From Candidatus Elusimicrobium euhamitermitis (GTDB lineage Bacteria > Elusimicrobiota > Elusimicrobia > Elusimicrobiales > Elusimicrobiaceae): DNA of 64,000 nucleotides. A program made the translations under genes and the position numbers. The stretch spans positions 546-64,545 of the forward strand of contig JAIRUU010000113.1 in the NCBI GenBank assembly GCA_031254225.1, read 5' to 3'. The notes beneath the pieces are model-generated. The model had not been told where the DNA came from. It searched no databases and was given only the letters and a program-made list of their open reading frames with translations. Of this stretch, positions 9,239-18,392 are shown in pieces. The first letter of the stretch is position 1; each line of letters begins with the position of its first letter.

Positions 9239-11090
9239 TTAAAACCTCCGCATGTAAAATTTCTTTTATTTTTGCGGCGTAAACCGGCGGCGGATTTGTT
9301 TTTTCTATGAGCGCCGCTTTAACGGGCTCTTTAAAAATCCTCGCGGTAAATTTTGTCACTCTGCCGTAGTCGGCGCCCGCGCCGGCAAACAAAGAAACCA
9401 AATTATATCCCGCGCTGTTTTTAACGAATTTCCCGCCGTAGCTGACAGTGTTTCCGTCCGGCAGAGCCGCGGTAATGCCGGTTACGGAATGGTTAAATTT
9501 GGGGCAGATTCCGGAGGCAAAAAGTTCGCCGGCTGTTCCTTTATAATCCGGCAGAGCGGCGTAAAGCCCGCGCGCCGCAAGCTCTTTTTTCAGCGCGGCA
9601 GCCGTTACGTCCGCGCCGAAAGTTACGGTATAATTTTCAGTGTCAATTTCAAAAATTTTATCTGAATTTTGCGTTTCCGCGCTTTCCTGCCGGCGCAAAC
9701 CGCCGTTGACGGAAACCGGCAAAATTTTATCGGGATTAGCGATATTTAGCGGGTCAAAAACTTTTTTAATTTTCTTAAAAAGTTCAAGCTCCTGCGGGCC
9801 GTACATAAAGGCCATGGCCGCGCGTTTTTCAATGCCTATTCCGTGCTCTCCGGAAATTGTGCCGCCCAGAGCGGCGCACGCTTTTAAGATTTCTTTTCCG
9901 GCTTTTACGACGTCGTTTGTCTGCGCCGCAGACCTCTGGTCAAAGACTATATTAGGGTGTAAATTCCCGTCGCCCGCGTGGAAAAAAAGGCCGGACGTAA
10001 CGCCGTATTTTTCACAAATTTCGCGCGTCTGTTTTATCGCCGCGGGAAGGTTTGCGCGCGGCACGGTGCCGTCTTCCACAAAAACATTCGGCGCAAGGCG
10101 CGCCATGGCCGCGTAACCCGCGCTTCTGCCGCGCCAGAGGGCGGCGCGCGCGGCGTCGTCTTTTGCGATTTCGGTTTTTACGGCGTTGCTCTGAATGCAG
10201 ATTTTTTTAATTTCTTCCATTTCTTTTTCTGCTTTTTTAACGTCCCCGTCGGTTTCAATAAGCAGCAAAGCTTCGCAGTCCGTCGGGTAACCGCTTTTGG
10301 AATAAGATTCAACCGCGCATATGGTCAGTTTGTCCATAGCTTCCACGCAGCGCGGCGCTATGCCCGCGGCGGTTATTTTTGCCACGCAGTTTATGGCGGC
10401 GTCCACGCTGTCAAAAGCGGCAAGCATGGTTTTTATAAATTTCGGTTTTTTGGCTATTTTTACCCGGAGTTTTGTAATTACGCCAAGCGTGCCCTCCGAG
10501 CCTATTACAAGGCCCCGCAGGTCCGGCCCGTTGTCCTGCTCTGACAAAATTAATTCCTCGCCCTGCGGCGTGACAAATTGTAAAGCCGCAATATGCTCCC
10601 GCGTGGCGCCGTATTTTAAACCTTTTGCGCCGCCGGCGTTTAAAGCCGCGTTGCCGCCCAGCGTGCAGATTTTCTGGCTGGCCGGGTCAGGCTGGTAAAC
10701 GTAACCCAGCTTGTCAAGCCGCGCCTGCAGGTCCGCGTGTATAACGCCGCACTCAACATCGGCAATTTCGCGCGTTGTGTCTATTTTTATGATTTTATTA
10801 AGCGGCATGAGGTTAAGCACAACGCCGCCTTTTAAAGCCACGCAACCGCCCACGTGGTTTGTGGCCGCAGCGCGCGCGGTAAAAGGCACGCCGTATTTGT
10901 GCAGTATTTTTATTACCTGCGCGGCTTGATTTATATTTTTTAAAGTTAACACCGCGTCCGGCCTTGTTCTGCCCAGGCTGCAGTCAAAGGAGAACAGAGA
11001 AACGGATATTTCGTCCGTCATCACAAATTCTTTTCCTAAAATTTTTGTAATTTTGGACAGGGCCGCTGCAAGGTTTTTCTTAAGAAGCAT
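9225..11090 (-). CDS. FAD-linked oxidase (GlcD-like) with C-terminal GlcE-like extension
   Basis: PDPASQKICTLGGNAALNAGG, GSEGTLGVIT, HAGDGNLHP, GTISGEHGIG; tail GGKFVKNSAGYNL; start taken at ATG 11090. Confidence 0.82.
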   Translation of the reverse strand: MLLKKNLAAALSKITKILGKEFVMTDEISVSLFSFDCSLGRTRPDAVLTLKNINQAAQVIKILHKYGVPFTARAAATNHVGGCVALKGGVVLNLMPLNKIIKIDTTREIADVECGVIHADLQARLDKLGYVYQPDPASQKICTLGGNAALNAGGAKGLKYGATREHIAALQFVTPQGEELILSEQDNGPDLRGLVIGSEGTLGVITKLRVKIAKKPKFIKTMLAAFDSVDAAINCVAKITAAGIAPRCVEAMDKLTICAVESYSKSGYPTDCEALLLIETDGDVKKAEKEMEEIKKICIQSNAVKTEIAKDDAARAALWRGRSAGYAAMARLAPNVFVEDGTVPRANLPAAIKQTREICEKYGVTSGLFFHAGDGNLHPNIVFDQRSAAQTNDVVKAGKEILKACAALGGTISGEHGIGIEKRAAMAFMYGPQELELFKKIKKVFDPLNIANPDKILPVSVNGGLRRQESAETQNSDKIFEIDTENYTVTFGADVTAAALKKELAARGLYAALPDYKGTAGELFASGICPKFNHSVTGITAALPDGNTVSYGGKFVKNSAGYNLVSLFAGAGADYGRVTKFTARIFKEPVKAALIEKTNPPPVYAAKIKEILHAEVLNGKL

Positions 11091-11198
11091 ATATAAATTA
11101 TAGTATTTTACGCAATACGCCGCCAAAAATGGTAGAATAACAAATACAAATAGGGTAAACCATAAGGTGTCTGATGCACGCTTTTATGGGGAGGGTTT

Positions 11199-12068
11199 AT
11201 GGATACAAAGCACCATTCTTCCGCTTCTTTTATCAAAGCGGAGAACAGTGGCAAAAACACCGCCGCGCGGGAACTGCCGTCGTCATACGGCCGTACGGAA
11301 GCTTTTTTGCTTCCGAAAGACCCGGGCTGGCTGTTTTTATTTTGGGAAATCACGTCTTCCACGTATGACTATATAAAAAGTCAGAACGGCTATGATATTT
11401 TTGACCGTTCAAAAACAATAATCCGCCTGCATGACGTTACCGATGTTAATTTTGACGGCGCCAACTCGCACTCTCACTTTGACACGCCGGTGGTTTTTGA
11501 CGCCGGCAGCTGGTATTTGCAGGCGCCTATGCCGGGCCGCAATTACGTGGCGGATCTCGGTATTATAACGCCGGAAGGCAAATTTATATTGCTTGCCCGC
11601 AGCAACGCCGTCACTCTGCCCGCCGGCCGCATAAGCGATATTATTGATGAAAAATGGATGCTCGTGGAGGGCGATTACCAGAAACTGCTGGCCCTTTCCG
11701 GCGCAAATTTAATAGGCCTGGGCGCGAGCGAACTCGCGCACGCGCTGCATGAGCGCTGGCGTTTTGCCCAAAATATGCCGTCGTCTTACTCGTCTTCAAA
11801 CAAATCTTCCGGCGCGGCCGCCAAAAAACCGTCCAAAAAAGAAGAAGCCGACGATATGTGGCTTAAAGCGGACTGCGAGATTATAATCTACGGCTCGGCC
11901 AGCCCGGGCGCAAAAGTCAAAATCAACGGCAAAGAAATTGAGCTTAAAAACGGTTCGTTTTCCATACGCCAGTCTCTACACAAAGGCGAAGTTATTGATT
12001 TGCCCATAACCGCTGAAAAGAAAAAAATGAAGAGAAGCATTAAAATCAAAGCGCAGAGAGAGGATTAG
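11199..12068 (+). CDS. DUF4912-domain protein
   Basis: LPSSYG...LLPKDPGWLFLFWEI, IRLHDVT, SWYL, LARSNAV, DCEIIIYGSA; precedes GH57 gene as is typical. Confidence 0.8.
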   Translation: MDTKHHSSASFIKAENSGKNTAARELPSSYGRTEAFLLPKDPGWLFLFWEITSSTYDYIKSQNGYDIFDRSKTIIRLHDVTDVNFDGANSHSHFDTPVVFDAGSWYLQAPMPGRNYVADLGIITPEGKFILLARSNAVTLPAGRISDIIDEKWMLVEGDYQKLLALSGANLIGLGASELAHALHERWRFAQNMPSSYSSSNKSSGAAAKKPSKKEEADDMWLKADCEIIIYGSASPGAKVKINGKEIELKNGSFSIRQSLHKGEVIDLPITAEKKKMKRSIKIKAQRED

Positions 12069-12070
12069 CA

Positions 12071-13684
12071 ATGGGAACCGAAAAAGGATACCTTGCGCTT
12101 GTCCTTCACGCGCATCTGCCGTTCATCAAACATCCGGAATATCCGGACTTCCTTGAGGAAGACTGGTTTTATGAAGGAATGATAGAAACGTACATTCCGC
12201 TTCTTGATATGTTTGAGAGACTGACGGCAGAGGGCGTTGATTTTCGCATAACAATGTCTCTTACGCCGCCGCTGTGCGCCATGATGAGCGACCCGCTGTT
12301 AATATCCCGCTTCAAATATTATTTGAATTCCCGTCTGGAACTCAGCCAAAAAGAACTTGCCCGCACGAAAAATACCGAATTTACTTACGTCGCCCAAATG
12401 TACGCGGAAAAATTTGCGCGGTATAAAGACCTTTTTGAAAACAGATACGGCGGCCAGATTTTAAACGGTTTTAAAAAATTCCAGGATTCGGGAAAGCTGG
12501 AAATTATAACCTGCTGCGCCACGCACGGCTATCTGCCGCTGCAGGTGCACAAAGAAAGCGTTAACGCCCAAATCAAAATAGCGGCGGAGGATTACCGCCG
12601 GCGTTTCGGCCGCGGCCCGCGCGGTATTTGGCTGGCGGAATGCGCGTATAACCCGGGGGACGATAAATTTTTAAAAGCGCACGGCGTAAGATATTTTTTC
12701 ACGGAAACGCATGGCGTTTTACACTCTGTCCCGCGGCCGAAATACGGCATTTACGCGCCGGTTTATACGCCCAGCGGCGTGGCTGCTTTTGCGCGCGACA
12801 TGGAATCCGCCCAGCAGGTGTGGAGCGCGGAAAGCGGTTACCCGGGGGACCCCAGTTACCGCGAGTTTTACCGCGACCTTGGTTATGATTTGGATTACGA
12901 TTATATAAAACCTTATCTTCACTCGGACGGCGTGCGTAGAAACATAGGCATGAAATACCACAGCATAACCGGCAAAGTTTCTTTAAATCAGAAAAAGCCT
13001 TATTATCCGTCTGACGCTAAAAGCAAAGCTGCGGAACACGCCGGCAATTTTATGTTCAACCGCCAGAAACAGATTGAATATATCGCGACTTTGATGGACC
13101 GCAAACCGCTTGTCGTGTCAATGTACGACGCCGAACTTTACGGCCACTGGTGGTATGAGGGCGTGGATTTCCTTGAATTTTTATTTAAGAAACTTTATTA
13201 TGACCAGAAAGATATAAAACTTACCACTCCGTCGGAATATCTGGCGATGTATCCGGAAAACCAGGTTGTGCAGCCGTCGGCAAGTTCGTGGGGGGACAAG
13301 GGATATAACGACGTCTGGCTCAACAGCGGCAATGACTGGATTTACAGGCATTTGATAAAAGCCGCGGAGCGCATGATGGAAATGGCTAATTATTATCCTA
13401 ACACCGACGGGCTTTTGCGCCGCGCTTTAAACCAGTGCGCGCGGGAACTTGTGTTAATGCAGTCGTCCGACTGGGCGTTTTTGATGACCGTGGGCACCGC
13501 GCAGCAGTATTCCACAAAGCGCACCAAGGACCATGTGACCAGGTTTAACGAGCTGTATGAACAGATAGCGTCAAGCAGAATAGACGAGGCTTATGTTTAT
13601 GACTTGGAAACGCGGGACAGCATTTTCCCCGAAATAGATTACCGCGTGTACCGCTCGGAAGAAAAAGAGAAAATATTGAAATAA
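12071..13684 (+). CDS. GH57 1,4-alpha-glucan branching enzyme
   Basis: LVLHAHLP, ETYIPLL, ATHGYLP, GIWLAECAY, YDAELYGHWWYEG, QSSDWAF. Confidence 0.9.
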   Translation: MGTEKGYLALVLHAHLPFIKHPEYPDFLEEDWFYEGMIETYIPLLDMFERLTAEGVDFRITMSLTPPLCAMMSDPLLISRFKYYLNSRLELSQKELARTKNTEFTYVAQMYAEKFARYKDLFENRYGGQILNGFKKFQDSGKLEIITCCATHGYLPLQVHKESVNAQIKIAAEDYRRRFGRGPRGIWLAECAYNPGDDKFLKAHGVRYFFTETHGVLHSVPRPKYGIYAPVYTPSGVAAFARDMESAQQVWSAESGYPGDPSYREFYRDLGYDLDYDYIKPYLHSDGVRRNIGMKYHSITGKVSLNQKKPYYPSDAKSKAAEHAGNFMFNRQKQIEYIATLMDRKPLVVSMYDAELYGHWWYEGVDFLEFLFKKLYYDQKDIKLTTPSEYLAMYPENQVVQPSASSWGDKGYNDVWLNSGNDWIYRHLIKAAERMMEMANYYPNTDGLLRRALNQCARELVLMQSSDWAFLMTVGTAQQYSTKRTKDHVTRFNELYEQIASSRIDEAYVYDLETRDSIFPEIDYRVYRSEEKEKILK

Positions 13685-13695
13685 ACTAATGAATA

Positions 13696-13725
13696 AAAAA
13701 CCCCCGACTTTTGTCGGGGGTTTTT
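13696..13725 (+). terminator. Intrinsic terminator
   Basis: A5-CCCCCGAC-TTTT-GTCGGGGG-T5 after GH57 gene. Confidence 0.85.
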
Positions 13726-13813
13726 ATGTTATATTTTATAGTTATTTTAGATAATAAAAAAGTATTAAGGCTATATACTTTCAGACGCAAGCCGAATTTT
13801 ATATATTTTTTAA

Positions 13814-14344
13814 ATGACAAGAAAAATATATAACGCTTGCCGCGCCCAAGCGCGGCGGAGGCGGGGTTTTACTCTTATTGAACTTTTAGTTGTTGTTTTA
13901 ATAATAGGCATTCTGGCAGCAATAGCCGTGCCGCAGTACAGGAAAGCCGTCGCAAAAAGTAAACTGGCGGATATAATGATTACCGCGCGCGCTTTAAAAA
14001 CCGCGCAGGATTTATATTTCCTTCAAAACCAGACGTATTCCGTTGATTTTAATGATTTGGATCTGGGCTTTAACTGCGGAACAATAACAACAGTGCCGGA
14101 AGGTTCATATTGCACGACGGGAAAAAGGTTAATAAAACTTTTTAATAATGTCGGATTTTATATACACGACGGGGATTTTGAATTGAGTTATCAGAGAAAC
14201 TTGCCCGGACTTTTTTGCAGCGCGCTTAAGACCTCCGCTTACGGGGAAGAAGTTTGCAAATCTTATAACGGAACGCTTTACGGCCCAAATGCTAACGACA
14301 GTTATGGAAATGTATATTACATCGCAAACTGGAAACCCGGTTAA
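13814..14344 (+). CDS. Type IV pilin-like protein
   Basis: G|FTLIELLVVVLIIGILAAIAVPQY class III signal; Cys pairs in globular domain. Confidence 0.9.
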   Translation: MTRKIYNACRAQARRRRGFTLIELLVVVLIIGILAAIAVPQYRKAVAKSKLADIMITARALKTAQDLYFLQNQTYSVDFNDLDLGFNCGTITTVPEGSYCTTGKRLIKLFNNVGFYIHDGDFELSYQRNLPGLFCSALKTSAYGEEVCKSYNGTLYGPNANDSYGNVYYIANWKPG

Positions 14345-14351
14345 AAGTCTA

Positions 14352-14915
14352 TCACATCAAACCGAATATTAATGCCACGAGCGCGGCTATTCCGGCGCAG
14401 ATTAACAGCACCGCGGCGAAAAGAGCCGGCATTATTGTCAGCGTCATTGAGAAGAACACGGCGCCGGCGGGCATATTGTAAGCTCTTGCGACCAAATTAA
14501 TCATAAAAATAATCTGGCAGATAAAAACCACCGTAAAAATCATCGCCGTTACGACGGTATTTGCGCCCGCCGCGGCGGAAATCAGCACGCCGGCTATAAG
14601 CAGAATTTTTGTAAATTCGCTTATGCCTACAAGCGCAAAAAGGCCCGGAGCGTTGCCGGTCTTTGACGTTAAATCAAGAAACATCTGCGTCACGGCCGCG
14701 AAAAGCAGACCCGCGAAAACAAACAAAATAAAGTACATTAACGTCTGCATTATAAAAGAAAACACGCCGCAGCCGGAAGAAAAATTTATAAAAAAAGTAA
14801 ACGCAAAAGCGCCCGTTCCGTAGCCGGCCATGCCAAGCCCCAGCCGCCGGTCCCTGACTGCGCCGGCCAGAAAATCCGTCTGCATATTTAAAAGTTTTAA
14901 AATATTTTCGCCCAT
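14352..14915 (-). CDS. Hypothetical multi-pass membrane protein
   Basis: 187 aa, about 5 hydrophobic segments, AGGAGG upstream. Confidence 0.7.
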   Translation of the reverse strand: MGENILKLLNMQTDFLAGAVRDRRLGLGMAGYGTGAFAFTFFINFSSGCGVFSFIMQTLMYFILFVFAGLLFAAVTQMFLDLTSKTGNAPGLFALVGISEFTKILLIAGVLISAAAGANTVVTAMIFTVVFICQIIFMINLVARAYNMPAGAVFFSMTLTIMPALFAAVLLICAGIAALVALIFGLM

Positions 14916-14940
14916 TATAGTGGTGTATCCTCCTAATGAC

Positions 14941-14967
14941 TTTCCTCTCCCTAAAAGGGAGAGGAAA
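14941..14967 (-). repeat. REP-like hairpin (same as 56896-56924 relative to transcription)
   Basis: TTTCCTCTCCCT-AAA-AGGGAGAGGAAA palindrome. Confidence 0.7.
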
Positions 14968-15028
14968 AACTTAACTCGGCGTTACGCTTATCACTTATTC
15001 TTAATATTGCGGCGCGTTGCGCAATCTC

Positions 15029-16138
15029 TTACATTGTCCACATATACGCCATACGGGGTTCGGCCGCGCTTTCAAGCTGTTTGGCTATATTTTTGTTTGA
15101 ACTTTCGGCGTCAAGAGACGACGTAAACCATTCTATAAAAGTATTTGTTTTAACGGTAATAATTTCAGGTTTTTTAAGGCCGGTCAAATCGCCAGCTGTT
15201 TTCAAAGCCTCTTCCTCGCCGCCCAGCTGGTCAATGAGGCCCAGTTTCAGAGCGCGCCTGCCCGTAAAAACGCGGCCGTCCGCGTAGTTTTTTAAAACTT
15301 CGGGCGGGATATTCGGACGCCCCTGTTTTACCGCTCCGAAAAACTGGTCGTAAGAATCGTCAATCAAATCCTGGAATAAAGCCTTTTCTTCTTCGGTCAT
15401 CGGGCGGAAAGAAGAGCCCATGTCTTTTAGCCTGCCTGATTTTACCGCGCCGAATTTTACGCCCACTTTATCAAGCAGTCCCTCAAGATTGCTGGTCTGG
15501 AAAATTACGCCTATTGAGCCCGTCAAAGTGCCGGGCTGGGCCACGATTTTATCGCACGCGACGGAAATATAATACCCGCCGCTTGCCGCAATATCGCGCA
15601 TAAGCGCTATGACTTTTTTATTTTTCTTTTCCCGCGCGTAAATTACGGCGTTATAAATATCCTGCACCGCGGCCACGGTGCCGCCAGGCGAGTTTATGTC
15701 TAAAATTATGGCTTTGACGTTATCCTTATCCGCGACGGAGCGTATCCTTTTTGCTATTGAGCTTGCGCCGGACGGCTCGCCCCAGCCGGAGGAACTTTGC
15801 GGCTCGCTTATCGCGCCGCGTATTTTTATGAGAGCCACGCCTTCTTTGGCTTTTGCAGGAGCCGTGATTTTTGTAAACGGTTTTTCAGGCGTTTCAATTG
15901 CCGCTGGCCCGGCGCCGCCGGTAAAAATTATATAAAGCCCGCTGACGCTTGAAATTAAAAACAGAACAATAAGAATAATCAGCGGAATATTTCTCTTTTT
16001 CGGCTGCTCGGGCATAGCCGGCGGAAGTTTGGTTTCAGACGGCGGCGGCACGCTTGAGAGCGGCGGCGGGACAGTGCCTCCCCCGCCTTTATCAGTAACA
16101 AAAATTTCACGTCCCACAAGTTCGGTTTGAGTGCCCAT
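15029..16138 (-). CDS. sppA: Signal peptide peptidase SppA (S49)
   Basis: TM anchor, INSPGG, AASGGYY, TGSIGV, DGRVFTG. Confidence 0.9.
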   Translation of the reverse strand: MGTQTELVGREIFVTDKGGGGTVPPPLSSVPPPSETKLPPAMPEQPKKRNIPLIILIVLFLISSVSGLYIIFTGGAGPAAIETPEKPFTKITAPAKAKEGVALIKIRGAISEPQSSSGWGEPSGASSIAKRIRSVADKDNVKAIILDINSPGGTVAAVQDIYNAVIYAREKKNKKVIALMRDIAASGGYYISVACDKIVAQPGTLTGSIGVIFQTSNLEGLLDKVGVKFGAVKSGRLKDMGSSFRPMTEEEKALFQDLIDDSYDQFFGAVKQGRPNIPPEVLKNYADGRVFTGRRALKLGLIDQLGGEEEALKTAGDLTGLKKPEIITVKTNTFIEWFTSSLDAESSNKNIAKQLESAAEPRMAYMWTM

Positions 16139-16219
16139 GGTATCCTCGCAATATATCTAAAACTATATCAAATTATAAAATCTAAAATGCTAAAATAATT
16201 AGTAGCGGAGGAGAGTATT

Positions 16220-17086
16220 ATGTTTAACGGTGTTTACACGGCGCTGATAACGCCTTTTACTTCTGATGACAAAATAGATTTTAAAGCGCTTGAAAAAATT
16301 ATTGAAGCGCAGATAAAAGCCGGCGTTGACGGACTTGTTATCCTCGGCACCACCGCGGAAACGCCGTGCCTGACGGACAAGGAAAAAGTTGAAATTGTAA
16401 AATTTGCAAAAAAAATAATAAACGGCCGTATAAAAATGGTCGTCGGCGCGGGTTTAAACTCCACCGTCCACACGCTGGAAACCGCAAAAATGCTGCTGCC
16501 TTTTGACCCTGACGCGCTGCTCATTGTTACGCCGTATTACAATAAACCTAATCCCAGCGGGCTTATAGCGCATTTTGCGGAAGTGGGCAAACTGGGCAAA
16601 CCTATAATTTTATATCACGTTCCGGGCAGGACAGGACTTAAAGTGCCGCTTAAAGTTATGGCGGAACTTGTGGAACAGGTGCCGATGTTAAAGGCTGTTA
16701 AAGAATCCGAATACGACGTGACGTACCTAAACGCTGAAGCCGCGGCGCTCTCAGACAAAATAGAGATTATAAGCGGCAACGACGATATGTTCCCTTATTT
16801 CATGGCCCTTAACGGCAAGGGCATAATATCCGTGCTGTCAAACTTCGCGCCTAAAATACTGATTGATATTTATAAAGGCAAAAACGCTTTTAAGGTTTAC
16901 GCGGAAAACCTTAAACTTATGGACGCGTGTTTTTATGAAACAAATCCGACGTGCGTTAAATATATTATGAGCAGGCTCGGTTTGTGCAATGAGAACGTGA
17001 GGCTGCCGCTGGGCCCCGTGTCGCAGGAAACAAGGAAAAAGATTGACGCCGTTTTAAGCGCGACGGACAAAAGGTTTTTATTATGA
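16220..17086 (+). CDS. dapA: 4-hydroxy-tetrahydrodipicolinate synthase
   Basis: GVYTALITPF, GTTAE, TPYYNKP, YHVPGRTG, ETNP..VK. Confidence 0.93.
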   Translation: MFNGVYTALITPFTSDDKIDFKALEKIIEAQIKAGVDGLVILGTTAETPCLTDKEKVEIVKFAKKIINGRIKMVVGAGLNSTVHTLETAKMLLPFDPDALLIVTPYYNKPNPSGLIAHFAEVGKLGKPIILYHVPGRTGLKVPLKVMAELVEQVPMLKAVKESEYDVTYLNAEAAALSDKIEIISGNDDMFPYFMALNGKGIISVLSNFAPKILIDIYKGKNAFKVYAENLKLMDACFYETNPTCVKYIMSRLGLCNENVRLPLGPVSQETRKKIDAVLSATDKRFLL

Positions 17087-17958
17087 GAAAAAAAGTAATT
17101 ATTGTCGGTCTGGGCAACACCGGCCGTTACACGCTGAAGGCTGTAAAAGAAAGCGGTGATTTTGAATGTATAGGCATAATACGCCGCGCCGCGGAGGCTG
17201 AATTTTATGACGGCGTACGGCAATATACTTCCGTTGAAGAACTGCCTGTCCGGCCCGACGTGGCAATTTTGTGCATTCCGTCCAAAAGCATGCCGGAAAC
17301 CGCGGAGCGGTATTTGAAGAAAGGCATAAACACGGTTGACAGTTTTGATATACACGGCGACATTGCAAAAACCGTTGAAAAGCTCGGCCCCGTGGCCGCA
17401 AAATTTGATAAAACGGCCGTAATTTCCGCCGGCTGGGACCCGGGGAGCGACAGTATTATAAGAGCGGTTTTTAAAGCGCTTCACCCGTCGGCGCAGATTT
17501 ATACGAGTTTCGGGCCTGGCATGTCCATGGGCCACAGCGTGGTCGCGCGCAGCATTAAAGGCGTGGCGGACGCTATATCAATTACGCTGCCGCTGGGCCT
17601 TGGCAAACATAAAAGGCTTGTTTATGTTAAGCCGGACGGATCGCAGACAAAAGAAGAAATTTATAAAAATATGAAAGCGGACGATTATTTTGCGCATGAC
17701 CCGCTTGAGATAGAGATTGTTGAAGACGTGACTCCGTATAAGAAACCCGGCCACGGCGGACTTGTTGAGATGGCGCAAGGGGAAACAAAAGCCGAGTTTA
17801 AGATGACGGTTAATAATCCTGAGACGACGGCGCGCGTTATGGTTGCGGCCGCGAGGGCCGCGCTGAGGATGCCGCCAGGCGCGTATACCCTGATAGACTT
17901 GCCGCCTGTAAAGATGATAGAAGGCGAGAGGATTGCGAATATTAAAAAACTTGTGTGA
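17083..17958 (+). CDS. ddh: meso-diaminopimelate D-dehydrogenase
   Basis: VGLGNTG, NTVDSFDIH, SAGWDPGSDS, FGPGMSMGHS. Confidence 0.9.
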   Translation: MRKKVIIVGLGNTGRYTLKAVKESGDFECIGIIRRAAEAEFYDGVRQYTSVEELPVRPDVAILCIPSKSMPETAERYLKKGINTVDSFDIHGDIAKTVEKLGPVAAKFDKTAVISAGWDPGSDSIIRAVFKALHPSAQIYTSFGPGMSMGHSVVARSIKGVADAISITLPLGLGKHKRLVYVKPDGSQTKEEIYKNMKADDYFAHDPLEIEIVEDVTPYKKPGHGGLVEMAQGETKAEFKMTVNNPETTARVMVAAARAALRMPPGAYTLIDLPPVKMIEGERIANIKKLV

Positions 17959-17962
17959 GCAG

Positions 17963-18239
17963 GTGTGATTTTTCTTGAAAATCACACTTGTTTCATGCCG
18001 CCTTCGGCGGGTGTCGCTCCGCGTTCGTTTGCCGTTTCGCTCCCGTTGGTCGCTTGGTTGGGAGTTAAAAATTTCTTCGGCTTTTGGATGATTTTCAATT
18101 TTTCCGGCCTTCGCCGTACGCTTCGCCTTAAGTACTTGCTCAGGCCGGAGAAAATTGAAAATCATCTCAAAATCCTGTGAAATTTTTGTAACGGACGCCT
18201 GAACGGCGGAACAACGAACGCCTGAACGGCGGTAACGAC
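17963..18239 (+). repeat. Dispersed structured repeat, copy B
   Basis: Head palindrome, 121-nt hairpin 18067-18187 with invariant core 18114-18138, tail CGCCTGAACGGCGG duplicated. Confidence 0.92.
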
Positions 18240-18257
18240 ACAGCAGTATTTTCTGTC

Positions 18258-18302
18258 TTTCCCCTCGCCCCTTGCGGGAGAGGGGCAGGGGTGAGGGGTA
18301 GC
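18258..18302 (+). repeat. REP-like CCCTCGCCCCTTGCGGGAGAGGG...GGTGAGGGG element
   Basis: Near-identical to 47908-47947; imperfect GC-rich hairpin. Confidence 0.75.
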
Positions 18303-18392
18303 CAAAAGGTTGGGAAATTATTAGACAGGCGCCTGAACGGCGGTTTTTTACGGCGACGGCGACGCGAGATACTTTATTTTGGAGTCTTTATA

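Noticed and set aside
11152-11192. c-di-GMP-I riboswitch (GGTAAACC...GGGA)
   Set aside because: Lacks the GNRA loop, the CGCAAAGC segment and the second stem.
17965-18180. 71-aa ORF (and 96-aa ORF at 47563-47853) with identical C-termini, a possible small-protein family
   Set aside because: Both lie within the repeat. The equivalent frames in copies A and C stop early, and substitutions follow base-pairing rather than codons.
17960-18390. Lysine riboswitch upstream of lysC
   Set aside because: The sequence is the dispersed repeat, also found beside unrelated genes; no L-box consensus recognised.
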